Shown here: piece by piece, positions 20,905 through 29,074 of the stretch
How the letters are laid out: each line of letters begins with the position of its first letter
Numbering within the stretch: the stretch's first letter is position 1
Source: an uncultured Bacilli bacterium
GTDB taxonomy: Bacteria > Bacillota_I > Bacilli_A > RF39 > UBA660
Reading direction: 5' to 3'
Length of the DNA stretch: 64,000 bases
NCBI GenBank assembly: GCA_934098665.1
Contig: CAKOOO010000003.1
Coordinates: forward strand, 28,125-92,124
Translations under genes and position numbers: made by a program
Notes under the pieces: model-generated
Seen by the model: the letters and a program-made list of their open reading frames with translations, nothing else
What the model was told of the DNA's origin: nothing
Database searches by the model: none

Positions 20905-21270
20905 CTAATCCTTTTGATAAACTATCTTATCATCCTTTAAAACCCCTTTGATACTAACATCAATTATTCTTTCTTTTCTATTTAGAATTTTTTTCATTAA
21001 ACTATTAATATGAGCTTTAAATTTTAAACCAAAGCCATCATCATTTGAAATAGTTAAATCACTTATCTTGATATCATTATCATTAAACATCTTTATTATA
21101 CCATTTTTATCTTCACTTGCAAAGTTTTTTGCAATAACTGTTTTCGTAAATGAATATATTTTTCTTTTTTGGTATGCTATATAAATATTATCCATAACTA
21201 AACTTAATAAAATTACAAGTACTGGTAATATAATTATAAATAGTACTAACGCTTGGCCATTTTTATTCAT
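20905..21270 (-). CDS. TadE/TadG-like pseudopilin-type protein
   Basis: MNKNGQALVLFIIILPVLVILL: a short basic N-terminus, then GQA, then a hydrophobic helix (TadE-like N-terminal domain pattern). Confidence 0.6.
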   Translation of the reverse strand: MNKNGQALVLFIIILPVLVILLSLVMDNIYIAYQKRKIYSFTKTVIAKNFASEDKNGIIKMFNDNDIKISDLTISNDDGFGLKFKAHINSLMKKILNRKERIIDVSIKGVLKDDKIVYQKD

Positions 21271-21560
21271 AATTTTCTTTCCACACTTACTTTATAATTA
21301 TTTCCTAAAAATGGAGTTAACAAAGGTGAATATATTATAATTTTCTTACTTACTGTATAATTATTTTCGTTTTTTATTATATCTACATCATTATTTTCAT
21401 AATCATCATTAATTATAACTTCTTCGATAACACTTTCAAGCATACTTTTTTCATTATATATTCTTACATAATCAAAAACAGATACCATAATCATAACAAA
21501 TACTGGTAATATAATAATAAATTCAATTAATGCTTGACCCTTTTTATTAATCTTTTTCAT
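21267..21560 (-). CDS. TadE-like pseudopilin-type protein
   Basis: MKKINKKGQALIEFIIILPVFVMIMV matches the TadE N-terminal motif (GQA-hEF-h-LP). First gene of the operon. Confidence 0.6.
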   Translation of the reverse strand: MKKINKKGQALIEFIIILPVFVMIMVSVFDYVRIYNEKSMLESVIEEVIINDDYENNDVDIIKNENNYTVSKKIIIYSPLLTPFLGNNYKVSVERKL

Positions 21561-21620
21561 ATATTAAGTATAAAATATCTTTGATAATTTTTCTAGTACT
21601 AATTATATATTTACATGTAC

Positions 21621-21649
21621 TTTACATTTTAGAAAATATATGCTATAAT
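21621..21649 (+). promoter_or_regulatory. Sigma-A-type promoter for 21672..21869
   Basis: TTTACA (21621-21626), 17-nt spacer, TATAAT (21644-21649). Confidence 0.6.
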
Positions 21650-21671
21650 TATACTGTTTAAGGGGGATATT

Positions 21672-21869
21672 ATGAAAAAAGGAAATAATGTTTTAATTAT
21701 ATTTATTTTATGTATACTAATTTGCTTAATATCTACATCATATTTTTTCTTAAATAAAAACGTTACTAAAGAAAAAGTATATTATTTAGAAAAAATTAAT
21801 GAGAAAAAAATTAAAACAATTAACATGAATAAAGAATTTGTTCAAAATAAAAAAATTGCTAAAAATTAA
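21672..21869 (+). CDS. Small single-pass membrane protein, unknown function
   Basis: Strong RBS AAGGGGGA, own promoter and terminator. 65 aa with one TM segment (VLIIFILCILICLISTSYFF) and a Lys-rich tail. Confidence 0.55.
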   Translation: MKKGNNVLIIFILCILICLISTSYFFLNKNVTKEKVYYLEKINEKKIKTINMNKEFVQNKKIAKN

Positions 21870-21885
21870 TTTAGCAGTTTTTTTA
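21855..21885. terminator. Bidirectional terminator between convergent small genes
   Basis: Stem TGCTAAA (21857-21863) / TTTAGCA (21870-21876), then a T-run on the plus strand and an A-run upstream. Confidence 0.55.
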
Positions 21886-21894
21886 TTGCAATAA

Positions 21895-22188
21895 TTATTT
21901 TTTTAAGTTATTTTCCTTTAAAGTTAGAAAAAGTTCATTTAATTCATTATAAACTTTATTATAAACATCCTCACGTTTAACTATAACACTTGCATTTAAT
22001 AAAGAATTTGCATAAGAAATAAGCTGTTCATTATCAAGTAGTTTATTATATGCGAGCATTTTTAATAAACTCACATATTCTATAAAGCTTTTTTCACTTA
22101 ATCTATTTTCTTTGACATATGCTTGCATATTTCTAAATGTTTTTTTAGATTTAACTAAAATGTCTAACAAATATAATGGATACTGCAC
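21895..22188 (-). CDS. Hypothetical helical protein (97 aa), GTG start
   Basis: The track ORF (to 22242) runs through its own promoter and RBS. The minus strand reads TTGACA-17-TATAAT, then AAGGGGGAAG, then GTG at 22188 (VQYPLYLLDILV...). Confidence 0.55.
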   Translation of the reverse strand: MQYPLYLLDILVKSKKTFRNMQAYVKENRLSEKSFIEYVSLLKMLAYNKLLDNEQLISYANSLLNASVIVKREDVYNKVYNELNELFLTLKENNLKK

Positions 22189-22213
22189 TATAACTTCCCC
22201 CTTAACTAAAATA

Positions 22214-22242
22214 ATTATAGCATATATTAATATAACTGTCAA
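22214..22242 (-). promoter_or_regulatory. Perfect-consensus sigma-A promoter for 21895..22188
   Basis: Minus strand: TTGACA (22242..22237), 17-nt spacer, TATAAT (22219..22214). Confidence 0.75.
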
Positions 22243-22254
22243 ATATGTGTAAAG

Positions 22255-24033
22255 TTATAAATGTACTACATCAGAATTTATATTGTTATTAATAAACCCA
22301 ACATTATTTTCCTTAACTGTATAAACAACAATAGCATTATTAAAAGATACATATTCGTTATTATATTCAACAGTGTTATTTTCTTTAGCTTTTTTTACTA
22401 GATTATTAAAATTATAATTATCTAAACTATTTACGATAAATATAGTACTTGGATTATATTTTATTTTAGAAATTACTTTATTTATATCAATGCCAACATT
22501 AAAAGTATCATAATTAATTGCATTTGCTAAATCAGTAATAGCATTTTTATAATTTCCTACAATAGTTATAATACTTATTTCATTATTTTTTAGTTTACTA
22601 ATAATACTTTCAATAAATTTTTCACTATATTTTTCTTTTAAAGAATTTTTTATCATTTTAGTTTTTTTATCTTTATCTATAATATTATTTTTAAGTTCTA
22701 AAACATTTAATATATCATCTTTTTTAACATATATATTTCTACCACTTTTAATTAGTTTTAAATCTTTCAAAAGTTTTTGTTCTTCCTTACTTTTTATAAG
22801 TGCCTCTTTAAAATTACCAGTTTCTAAACTAAACATTTTTTTATTTTCAATTTGTTTTAATTTAAATTCAGTTTCTTTTATAACATTACTTGTGTTTTTA
22901 AGTTTTACATAAGAAAGTGTACTATCAAGAAGTTCTAAAGCTTTATCTGGATTTTTTTTATTAGGAAAATAAATATTTGCTAAATGAGTAATTGTTTCAA
23001 TATTTTCATCACTTATATTAACTTTATGATATTTTATATATTCATCTTTAACACTTTTTAAAATATTAATGGTTTCATTTTCATTAGGTTCTTTTATAAA
23101 AATGGTTTCAAATCTTCGAGATAAGGCTTTATCCTTTAAAATATAGTTTTCATACTCTTCTTTAGTAGTGGCTCCAATACACTTAATATCTGCCCTTGCT
23201 AAAACTGGTTTTAATATATCTCCAGCTCCAATTGCTCCTTCAGCGGCTCCAGCATTTACCATTGAGTGAACCTCATCAATAAATAAAATTATATTATCTT
23301 TATCACTAATTTCTTTTAAAATATTATTAAGTCTTTCCTCAAACTCACCACGATATTTTGTACCAGCAATTAAACTTGCCATTGAAAGCTCAACAATTAA
23401 AAAGTTAGAAAACTCACTTGACACCATGTTTTTACTAATTCTTCGAGCAATTTCTTCAACTATAGCACTTTTTCCAACACCAGCTTCGCCAATAAGTAAA
23501 GGATTATTTTTTTTCTTACGAATAAGGGTTTCTAATATTAAATTAATTTCTTTATCGCGACCCACAAGTTTTTCAGAAAAATCTACTGTTTCATTTAATA
23601 CTTTACCATATTTAAAAATAAGTAAATCTTCTTTGTTATCTTTATTTTTTAAATAATTATAAATACTATCCACATCTACATCCATATTCATAAGTATTCT
23701 GATAGCTACACCTTCTCCTTCATTTAAAACATTAAAGAAAAGTTGTTCTAAGCTAGCATCATTTCCTGATAAACATATTATTCTTTTTAAAAGTGGTGTA
23801 TAAACATTTATTTTTTCATTTTCTTTCGATGGCTCGACTAAAGAGTTTAATGCCTTAGCAAAACTATCATAAGTTAAATTATATTTTTTTAAATAATCTG
23901 TAAGAGCACATTTATTTTTAAGTATTGCAAGAAGTAAATGCTCTGTACCTACATATTCTGATTTAAAACGTTTGCGTTCATTTTCAGTTTCCCTAAAAAG
24001 TTTGCATAAATTTTCATTATATATATTTTCCAT
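22255..24033 (-). CDS. ClpC-like AAA+ protein with Clp-N repeats, one intact AAA+ module and a degenerate C-terminal half
   Basis: Clp_N repeat (YVGTEHLLLAIL; GEGVAIRIL), D1 Walker A LLIGEAGVGKSAIVEE, Walker B ILFIDEVH. Only 592 aa, and no second GxxGxGK(T/S) anywhere downstream. Confidence 0.7.
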   Translation of the reverse strand: MENIYNENLCKLFRETENERKRFKSEYVGTEHLLLAILKNKCALTDYLKKYNLTYDSFAKALNSLVEPSKENEKINVYTPLLKRIICLSGNDASLEQLFFNVLNEGEGVAIRILMNMDVDVDSIYNYLKNKDNKEDLLIFKYGKVLNETVDFSEKLVGRDKEINLILETLIRKKKNNPLLIGEAGVGKSAIVEEIARRISKNMVSSEFSNFLIVELSMASLIAGTKYRGEFEERLNNILKEISDKDNIILFIDEVHSMVNAGAAEGAIGAGDILKPVLARADIKCIGATTKEEYENYILKDKALSRRFETIFIKEPNENETINILKSVKDEYIKYHKVNISDENIETITHLANIYFPNKKNPDKALELLDSTLSYVKLKNTSNVIKETEFKLKQIENKKMFSLETGNFKEALIKSKEEQKLLKDLKLIKSGRNIYVKKDDILNVLELKNNIIDKDKKTKMIKNSLKEKYSEKFIESIISKLKNNEISIITIVGNYKNAITDLANAINYDTFNVGIDINKVISKIKYNPSTIFIVNSLDNYNFNNLVKKAKENNTVEYNNEYVSFNNAIVVYTVKENNVGFINNNINSDVVHL

Positions 24034-24121
24034 ACACTATAATTATGTTAAAAAGATAAAAAATATATTCATAGTTATTGAAAGAAAATTAAAGATAATT
24101 TATAATTAAAATGGTGATAGT

Positions 24122-25543
24122 ATGGACGAAGGTAAAGCAAAACTTATAAAAGAAATAATTACAAGATTTATTACTCATCAAGATGAAAAAATTTTGGAAC
24201 TTGAAAATATTAAAGTAAAACTTGATTTATATGAAGAATTAATAAGGCTTTTAGATAATAATATAGATATTGTAATTGAAAATAAAATTATTATAGAAAT
24301 ACTTTTAGACACAATTTATAATTTAGATACATATAATATGTTATTTATAAATAAAGTTGTTTCAAATGATGAAAAAGAAATTCACAAATTACTTAATACT
24401 TTTAAAGAGCAATATGAACAGCTTAAGTTAAAAGAAAGTCTTCTTACAAATGAAATAAAAAATTATAAAGCACTATCACATGATGCAAATGTTTTTTTAG
24501 TAGCTCTTAAAAATAAAATACCTGTAAACAGAATTTGCACTGAAAATGTTAAAAGAATACTTTTAATTATGCAAAGTGAAATGTTTTTAGAAAATAAAGA
24601 TATGACCCTACTTATTAATGAACTTAACTTTTATAGTCAAAAAATTTCTATGGTAAGTGAAAAAGATAAATTATTTATTTATAATGCTTATTTAAAAATA
24701 CCTACAATAGTAAATATGGGTTATGAAGTTATCAAAGATGTTGAAGTCGAACCTAATAGAAAAGTGCTTCTTGATAATGTTGCTAAAGCGGTATATAAAG
24801 AACTTGGTAATGTAAAACCAAATGATATCGAACATTTTTTTATATATTATCTTGAAGAAGATTACGATATCGAAGAAGTACAGTATATCACTGGAAAAAC
24901 AATAAACCTTATGCAAAATGATTTAGTTATTTACTATGAGTTTGCTATAGAAAATGCTGAAAATAAAGAAAATGAAGCAAGAAAATCAATTACTGATGAA
25001 TACTTTAGTTTATTTAATAAATATGTAAAACTACGCGCTTATTATGATAAAATTGAAGAAATGCTTGAATACAAAGAAGTTCCTGAAACTGAAGAATTAC
25101 CTTTAAAAGTTGATGTATATCAAAATGAACTATACTTTGCTTCCTCGAAGGCTAATCCATTAAAATCAAAAATTCTTGCTGATTTAAAAGATATTCCCGA
25201 AGAGTATTATGAAAATATTTATAGCCTTTTAGAGGAATTTAAAAAAGGCACTTTACCTAAAGGAGCTATTAAAAAACTACAAAATAATGGTAAACTTGAG
25301 GATGTATATGAAATAAAGGGATTTCAAATAAGAATAATATTTAAACAAATACAAAATAATTCATATTGCGTTTTAGGGGCTTTTATTAAGAAAGATAACA
25401 ATGATATAAAAAGTTATAATAATATTGGCCGAAGAAAAATGAATATTCCACAAAATTTAATTTATGCAAAAATGGTATCATCTCAAATGCAAAAAGAATT
25501 ATATGATGTTTTATTAAGTAAAAAAAGAACAAGTACACTATAA
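24122..25543 (+). CDS. Hypothetical 473-aa protein with a C-terminal HigB/Gp49-like (RelE-fold) segment
   Basis: The N-terminal ~370 aa is helical with no motif I recognise. The C-terminal LEDVYEIKGFQIRIIFKQIQNNSYCVLGAFIKKDNNDIKSY follows the Gp49/HigB pattern (hyEh+..g.+IhF....n.hhLhgF.KK). Confidence 0.4.
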   Translation: MDEGKAKLIKEIITRFITHQDEKILELENIKVKLDLYEELIRLLDNNIDIVIENKIIIEILLDTIYNLDTYNMLFINKVVSNDEKEIHKLLNTFKEQYEQLKLKESLLTNEIKNYKALSHDANVFLVALKNKIPVNRICTENVKRILLIMQSEMFLENKDMTLLINELNFYSQKISMVSEKDKLFIYNAYLKIPTIVNMGYEVIKDVEVEPNRKVLLDNVAKAVYKELGNVKPNDIEHFFIYYLEEDYDIEEVQYITGKTINLMQNDLVIYYEFAIENAENKENEARKSITDEYFSLFNKYVKLRAYYDKIEEMLEYKEVPETEELPLKVDVYQNELYFASSKANPLKSKILADLKDIPEEYYENIYSLLEEFKKGTLPKGAIKKLQNNGKLEDVYEIKGFQIRIIFKQIQNNSYCVLGAFIKKDNNDIKSYNNIGRRKMNIPQNLIYAKMVSSQMQKELYDVLLSKKRTSTL

Positions 25544-25675
25544 AAAAGAAGGAAAAAAATCATCCTTCTTTTTTAGAATATTACTTTTCAATATCGTTAA
25601 CTTTAGTATGTTAGATTGATATTAAAACTATTAAAATGTACTAAGTAATACCTGTGTACATATTAATAATATATA

Positions 25676-26521
25676 CTAATTTTCAGTTTTTATAATAACA
25701 TTATTTGCCAATTTTTCATTTTCTCTTTGATAATTTAAGGCCATTCCAATAACAAATACATAAGCAAGGAAATAAAACCAAATCATTAAAATACAAATAT
25801 TAGCAAGCCCTCCATAAAATGATGTGTATGATGCGTAATTTAAAATGTATACTGAATATATTTCTGTAACTATAGTCCATAGTATTGTTGTAAATAGTGC
25901 TCCATAATTAGTATTATGAGATTTAATTTTTTTATCTGGAGCAAGTGTATAAATTATTTTTATTAAGAAAAACATTATTACTATCATCATCGGGCTTCTT
26001 AAATAGTCAAATACTTTAATAATTAAATTTGTTATATTTTCATTTAAGTTTACTTTCATTATAAGTGATACTATTGCTCCACCAAATACAGGTACAAGTA
26101 GTAAAAATGCAAGAAGTAAAACAAGTATAATGGATAAAACAATTGCCTTAAATCTACGTTTAAACCAGCCTTTATTTTCTATATTATAAACAGCATTAGA
26201 ACATAAAATTACAGAGTCCATACCATTACTTGCTAAATAGTAACATGTTACTATTACAATTGTAAGTCTTAAACCTGCAATAGAGCTTGTTCCTGTAGAT
26301 AGAAGTAATGATGCTACATCTTTAGAAAAAGCCTTTTGTAAAAAGTTATAAATAAAATCTACGGATAAATTAAGTATTGATGCAAGATATGTTAAAAGTG
26401 TAAGTGTTGGAACTATTGCAAGTACCATAAAAAACGCAAGTTGTCCAGGAAGAAGTTTCATATCACTTCTTCTTATTACTTTATAAAATCTTTTAAAAAA
26501 TCTTTTAATCTTTGTTTTCAT
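25676..26521 (-). CDS. YihY/BrkB-family integral membrane protein
   Basis: 281 aa, ~6 TM segments, N-terminal LPGQLAFFMVLAIVPTL motif typical of YihY. Confidence 0.7.
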   Translation of the reverse strand: MKTKIKRFFKRFYKVIRRSDMKLLPGQLAFFMVLAIVPTLTLLTYLASILNLSVDFIYNFLQKAFSKDVASLLLSTGTSSIAGLRLTIVIVTCYYLASNGMDSVILCSNAVYNIENKGWFKRRFKAIVLSIILVLLLAFLLLVPVFGGAIVSLIMKVNLNENITNLIIKVFDYLRSPMMIVIMFFLIKIIYTLAPDKKIKSHNTNYGALFTTILWTIVTEIYSVYILNYASYTSFYGGLANICILMIWFYFLAYVFVIGMALNYQRENEKLANNVIIKTEN

Positions 26522-28511
26522 TTACTTCCTTTTGTTTTTTTAATACTTTTGTAGCCTCATTTAAGGCATCTTCAATAGTTTTAATTTCATCTATTTTCAT
26601 TGAATAACCAAATTCAGCACCATATTCATATGGTAATTTTTTAAATTCTTTATTTAATTTATGAATATAATTAGTTATTTGTTTTTGATTATAACCCACT
26701 AAATATACAACAAATTCATTACCATCAGTTCTTATTATATCCGAGTTATCAAGTTGAGTTCTTATAAGTACATTGGCAGCAGCTTTTATTTGTTTATCCC
26801 CTTCTTCATAACCTTTTGTATCATTAATTTGTTGGATATGATTTAAATCAATTACAAGTATTGTCTGTGGATAAATCGTATTATTATTCCAAATATTAAG
26901 ATTTTCTGATAAATAATTACGATTTTTAAGAAGAGTTAATTGATCTATAAAACGCATTTTATCATCTTTTTTAATTTTTTTAGCAATAGTTATTTTTTTA
27001 GTTTTTCTAATAACAACATATGCTATTACTAAAAATGCTATTAAAAAGTAAATAAAATATTTTGCAAGTAGTGATAAAACCCTACCATATTTAACAGTTT
27101 CACTATGATTATTAATACCTTCATTTAATATTTTATGACTATCCACTATTGTTATATATTTATTTAATAATTTATATAGAGTATTATTTTCCTTTAATCT
27201 AAAGTTATATACTTCATTTAACTTGCCACTTGTTCTTATTGTATAATTTTCAAGACCATGAGTTTTATAATATTCATATATGTTACTATCCACTAAAATA
27301 ATGACATCTTTATTATTAAGTTTAGTCATTTCTTTACTGGTTTTATAGGTTTTAACATTAACATTTAAACTTTTTAAATATGAATATAAAAGTGAATTAT
27401 TTTGTACATATACTTCTTTGTTTTCAAGAGCATTAATACTATTTATAACAATATCATTTTTAATATTAGCAACTATAACATAATTTACATCTACTCCACT
27501 TTGTGTTTTATAATATTCATCTAAATTATAATATCCAAAATAAGCATCTATTTCTTTATTAGTTATTGCTTTATTAAATTTTGCAAAATTACTATATTTT
27601 TTAAATGTAAAATCAGTCCCAGAAAAAGACATAAAATTTTTCAGATAAACTGCTACAATACCACCATAATTACCACCAGAAATAACTTCATATGGAGAAT
27701 TATTTACATAGCCATATTTATAACTAACAGAACGCATTTCATCAATTTGCATATCAGTTAAATTTAAACTTTTAGATACAATATTAAATAAATTGGTATT
27801 ATAACTTTCATCAAAATTTTCTTTCCATGTATCTAAATATTTTCTTAATATAGAACCTATTTCGTTATTTTCAGTAGTAAGTACATAATAAATATCTATA
27901 TCACTAAAATGATAAATAATTTCTTTATTACTACTTAAAATATTATTTAAATATAAATGAAGTGGCACTATAGCATATTTATTTTCCTCAAAAGAAGACA
28001 TTAAATCATCAATATTATCATAAGTAGAATAACTTAAATTATAATTAGTTAAATATTTTGTAACATTTTTGCTATCACTAGATAAAATTGATATAGTACC
28101 CTTTATATCAAAAGGACTTGATATAATTTCATAACTATTTGATATTAATACATAGTGATCAGTATATATAACATTATCACTTTCATTAATTTCATTTTTT
28201 ACATTTAAACTTGTACCAATTACATTTGCTCCATTATTAAAGGTAACTTTATTAATATTTAAATTATATTCATTTTCAAAAGATGATAAAAAATCATAAA
28301 ATACTCCACTACCAGAGTCACCAAAAACGGCACTATTATTTAAAACGTTTACATTAATTAGTGTAGATGTTTGACTATTTTCATCTATCCATTTTTTTTC
28401 AGCAACAGTAAGTTTATTTGTTTTTAGATACATTATTATTCCAAATACTACTCCCGCTATGAAAAGACAAAGAAAAGTGCATAAAAGCACTATTTTATTT
28501 TTCTTCTTCAT
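26505..28511 (-). CDS. Membrane sensor protein with extracytoplasmic domain and a degenerate GGDEF domain
   Basis: TM, ~450-aa external domain, TM, then VIDLNHIQQINDTKGYEEGD...RTDGNEFVVYL. This is the GGDEF fold, but the signature reads DGNEF. Confidence 0.7.
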   Translation of the reverse strand: MKKKNKIVLLCTFLCLFIAGVVFGIIMYLKTNKLTVAEKKWIDENSQTSTLINVNVLNNSAVFGDSGSGVFYDFLSSFENEYNLNINKVTFNNGANVIGTSLNVKNEINESDNVIYTDHYVLISNSYEIISSPFDIKGTISILSSDSKNVTKYLTNYNLSYSTYDNIDDLMSSFEENKYAIVPLHLYLNNILSSNKEIIYHFSDIDIYYVLTTENNEIGSILRKYLDTWKENFDESYNTNLFNIVSKSLNLTDMQIDEMRSVSYKYGYVNNSPYEVISGGNYGGIVAVYLKNFMSFSGTDFTFKKYSNFAKFNKAITNKEIDAYFGYYNLDEYYKTQSGVDVNYVIVANIKNDIVINSINALENKEVYVQNNSLLYSYLKSLNVNVKTYKTSKEMTKLNNKDVIILVDSNIYEYYKTHGLENYTIRTSGKLNEVYNFRLKENNTLYKLLNKYITIVDSHKILNEGINNHSETVKYGRVLSLLAKYFIYFLIAFLVIAYVVIRKTKKITIAKKIKKDDKMRFIDQLTLLKNRNYLSENLNIWNNNTIYPQTILVIDLNHIQQINDTKGYEEGDKQIKAAANVLIRTQLDNSDIIRTDGNEFVVYLVGYNQKQITNYIHKLNKEFKKLPYEYGAEFGYSMKIDEIKTIEDALNEATKVLKKQKEVNENKD

Positions 28512-28971
28512 TTTCTTCCTCTTTTATAGGTGTATTATTATTCCATGATATTTTTTCAGAGGCAACATTTTTAGATGCCATTATCGTAAAATTATCACTA
28601 GATAAAATAAATTGTAAATCATAATAAGATAAAATATCTTCGGAAAATAAACTTAAATTATCTTCTACTAATTTTTTAGCATTATCTAAACTAATATTTT
28701 CATCAAATTTAATATTTACATAAATAATTCTACCTTTTGTATTAAATTCTACACTCTTTACACTTTCATTTGCTAAAAGTGTTTCTTTATAATTTGATTT
28801 AAGTTCACTAGATATTGGATGTTTCTCAATACCATTTAACCTATTCCCATATTCATTAGTATCCTTTGAATAAAAGAATGTTAGAGCAACAGAGCATATA
28901 GCAATAAAACATACTATAAGTATTATTACTAAAACAAAAACCACCCTATTACTTTTCCATAATTTTTTCAT
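28495..28971 (-). CDS. Membrane-anchored hypothetical protein
   Basis: 158 aa, single N-terminal TM segment (VVFVLVIILIVCFIAICSVALTFF), overlaps the downstream GGDEF gene by 17 nt. Confidence 0.5.
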   Translation of the reverse strand: MKKLWKSNRVVFVLVIILIVCFIAICSVALTFFYSKDTNEYGNRLNGIEKHPISSELKSNYKETLLANESVKSVEFNTKGRIIYVNIKFDENISLDNAKKLVEDNLSLFSEDILSYYDLQFILSSDNFTIMASKNVASEKISWNNNTPIKEEENEEEK

Positions 28972-29046
28972 TTCTCACCTCAAATGCACATCTATTATAC
29001 TACATATTATGACATAAATCAATTTACATGAAATTAGTAAATATAT

Positions 29047-29073
29047 CCAAAAGAAAATTCACTATTAAGTGAA
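29047..29073 (-). terminator. Terminator of paralogue A
   Basis: Stem TTCACT (29058-29063) / AGTGAA (29068-29073), with the minus-strand U-rich run at 29049-29057. Confidence 0.5.
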
Positions 29074-29074
29074 C

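Noticed and set aside
21672-21869. The small membrane protein as the missing Flp pilin of the Tad-like operon
   Set aside because: It lies on the opposite strand with its own promoter and terminator. It has no G/XXXXEY processing motif, and its Lys-rich 40-aa tail is unlike Flp pilins.
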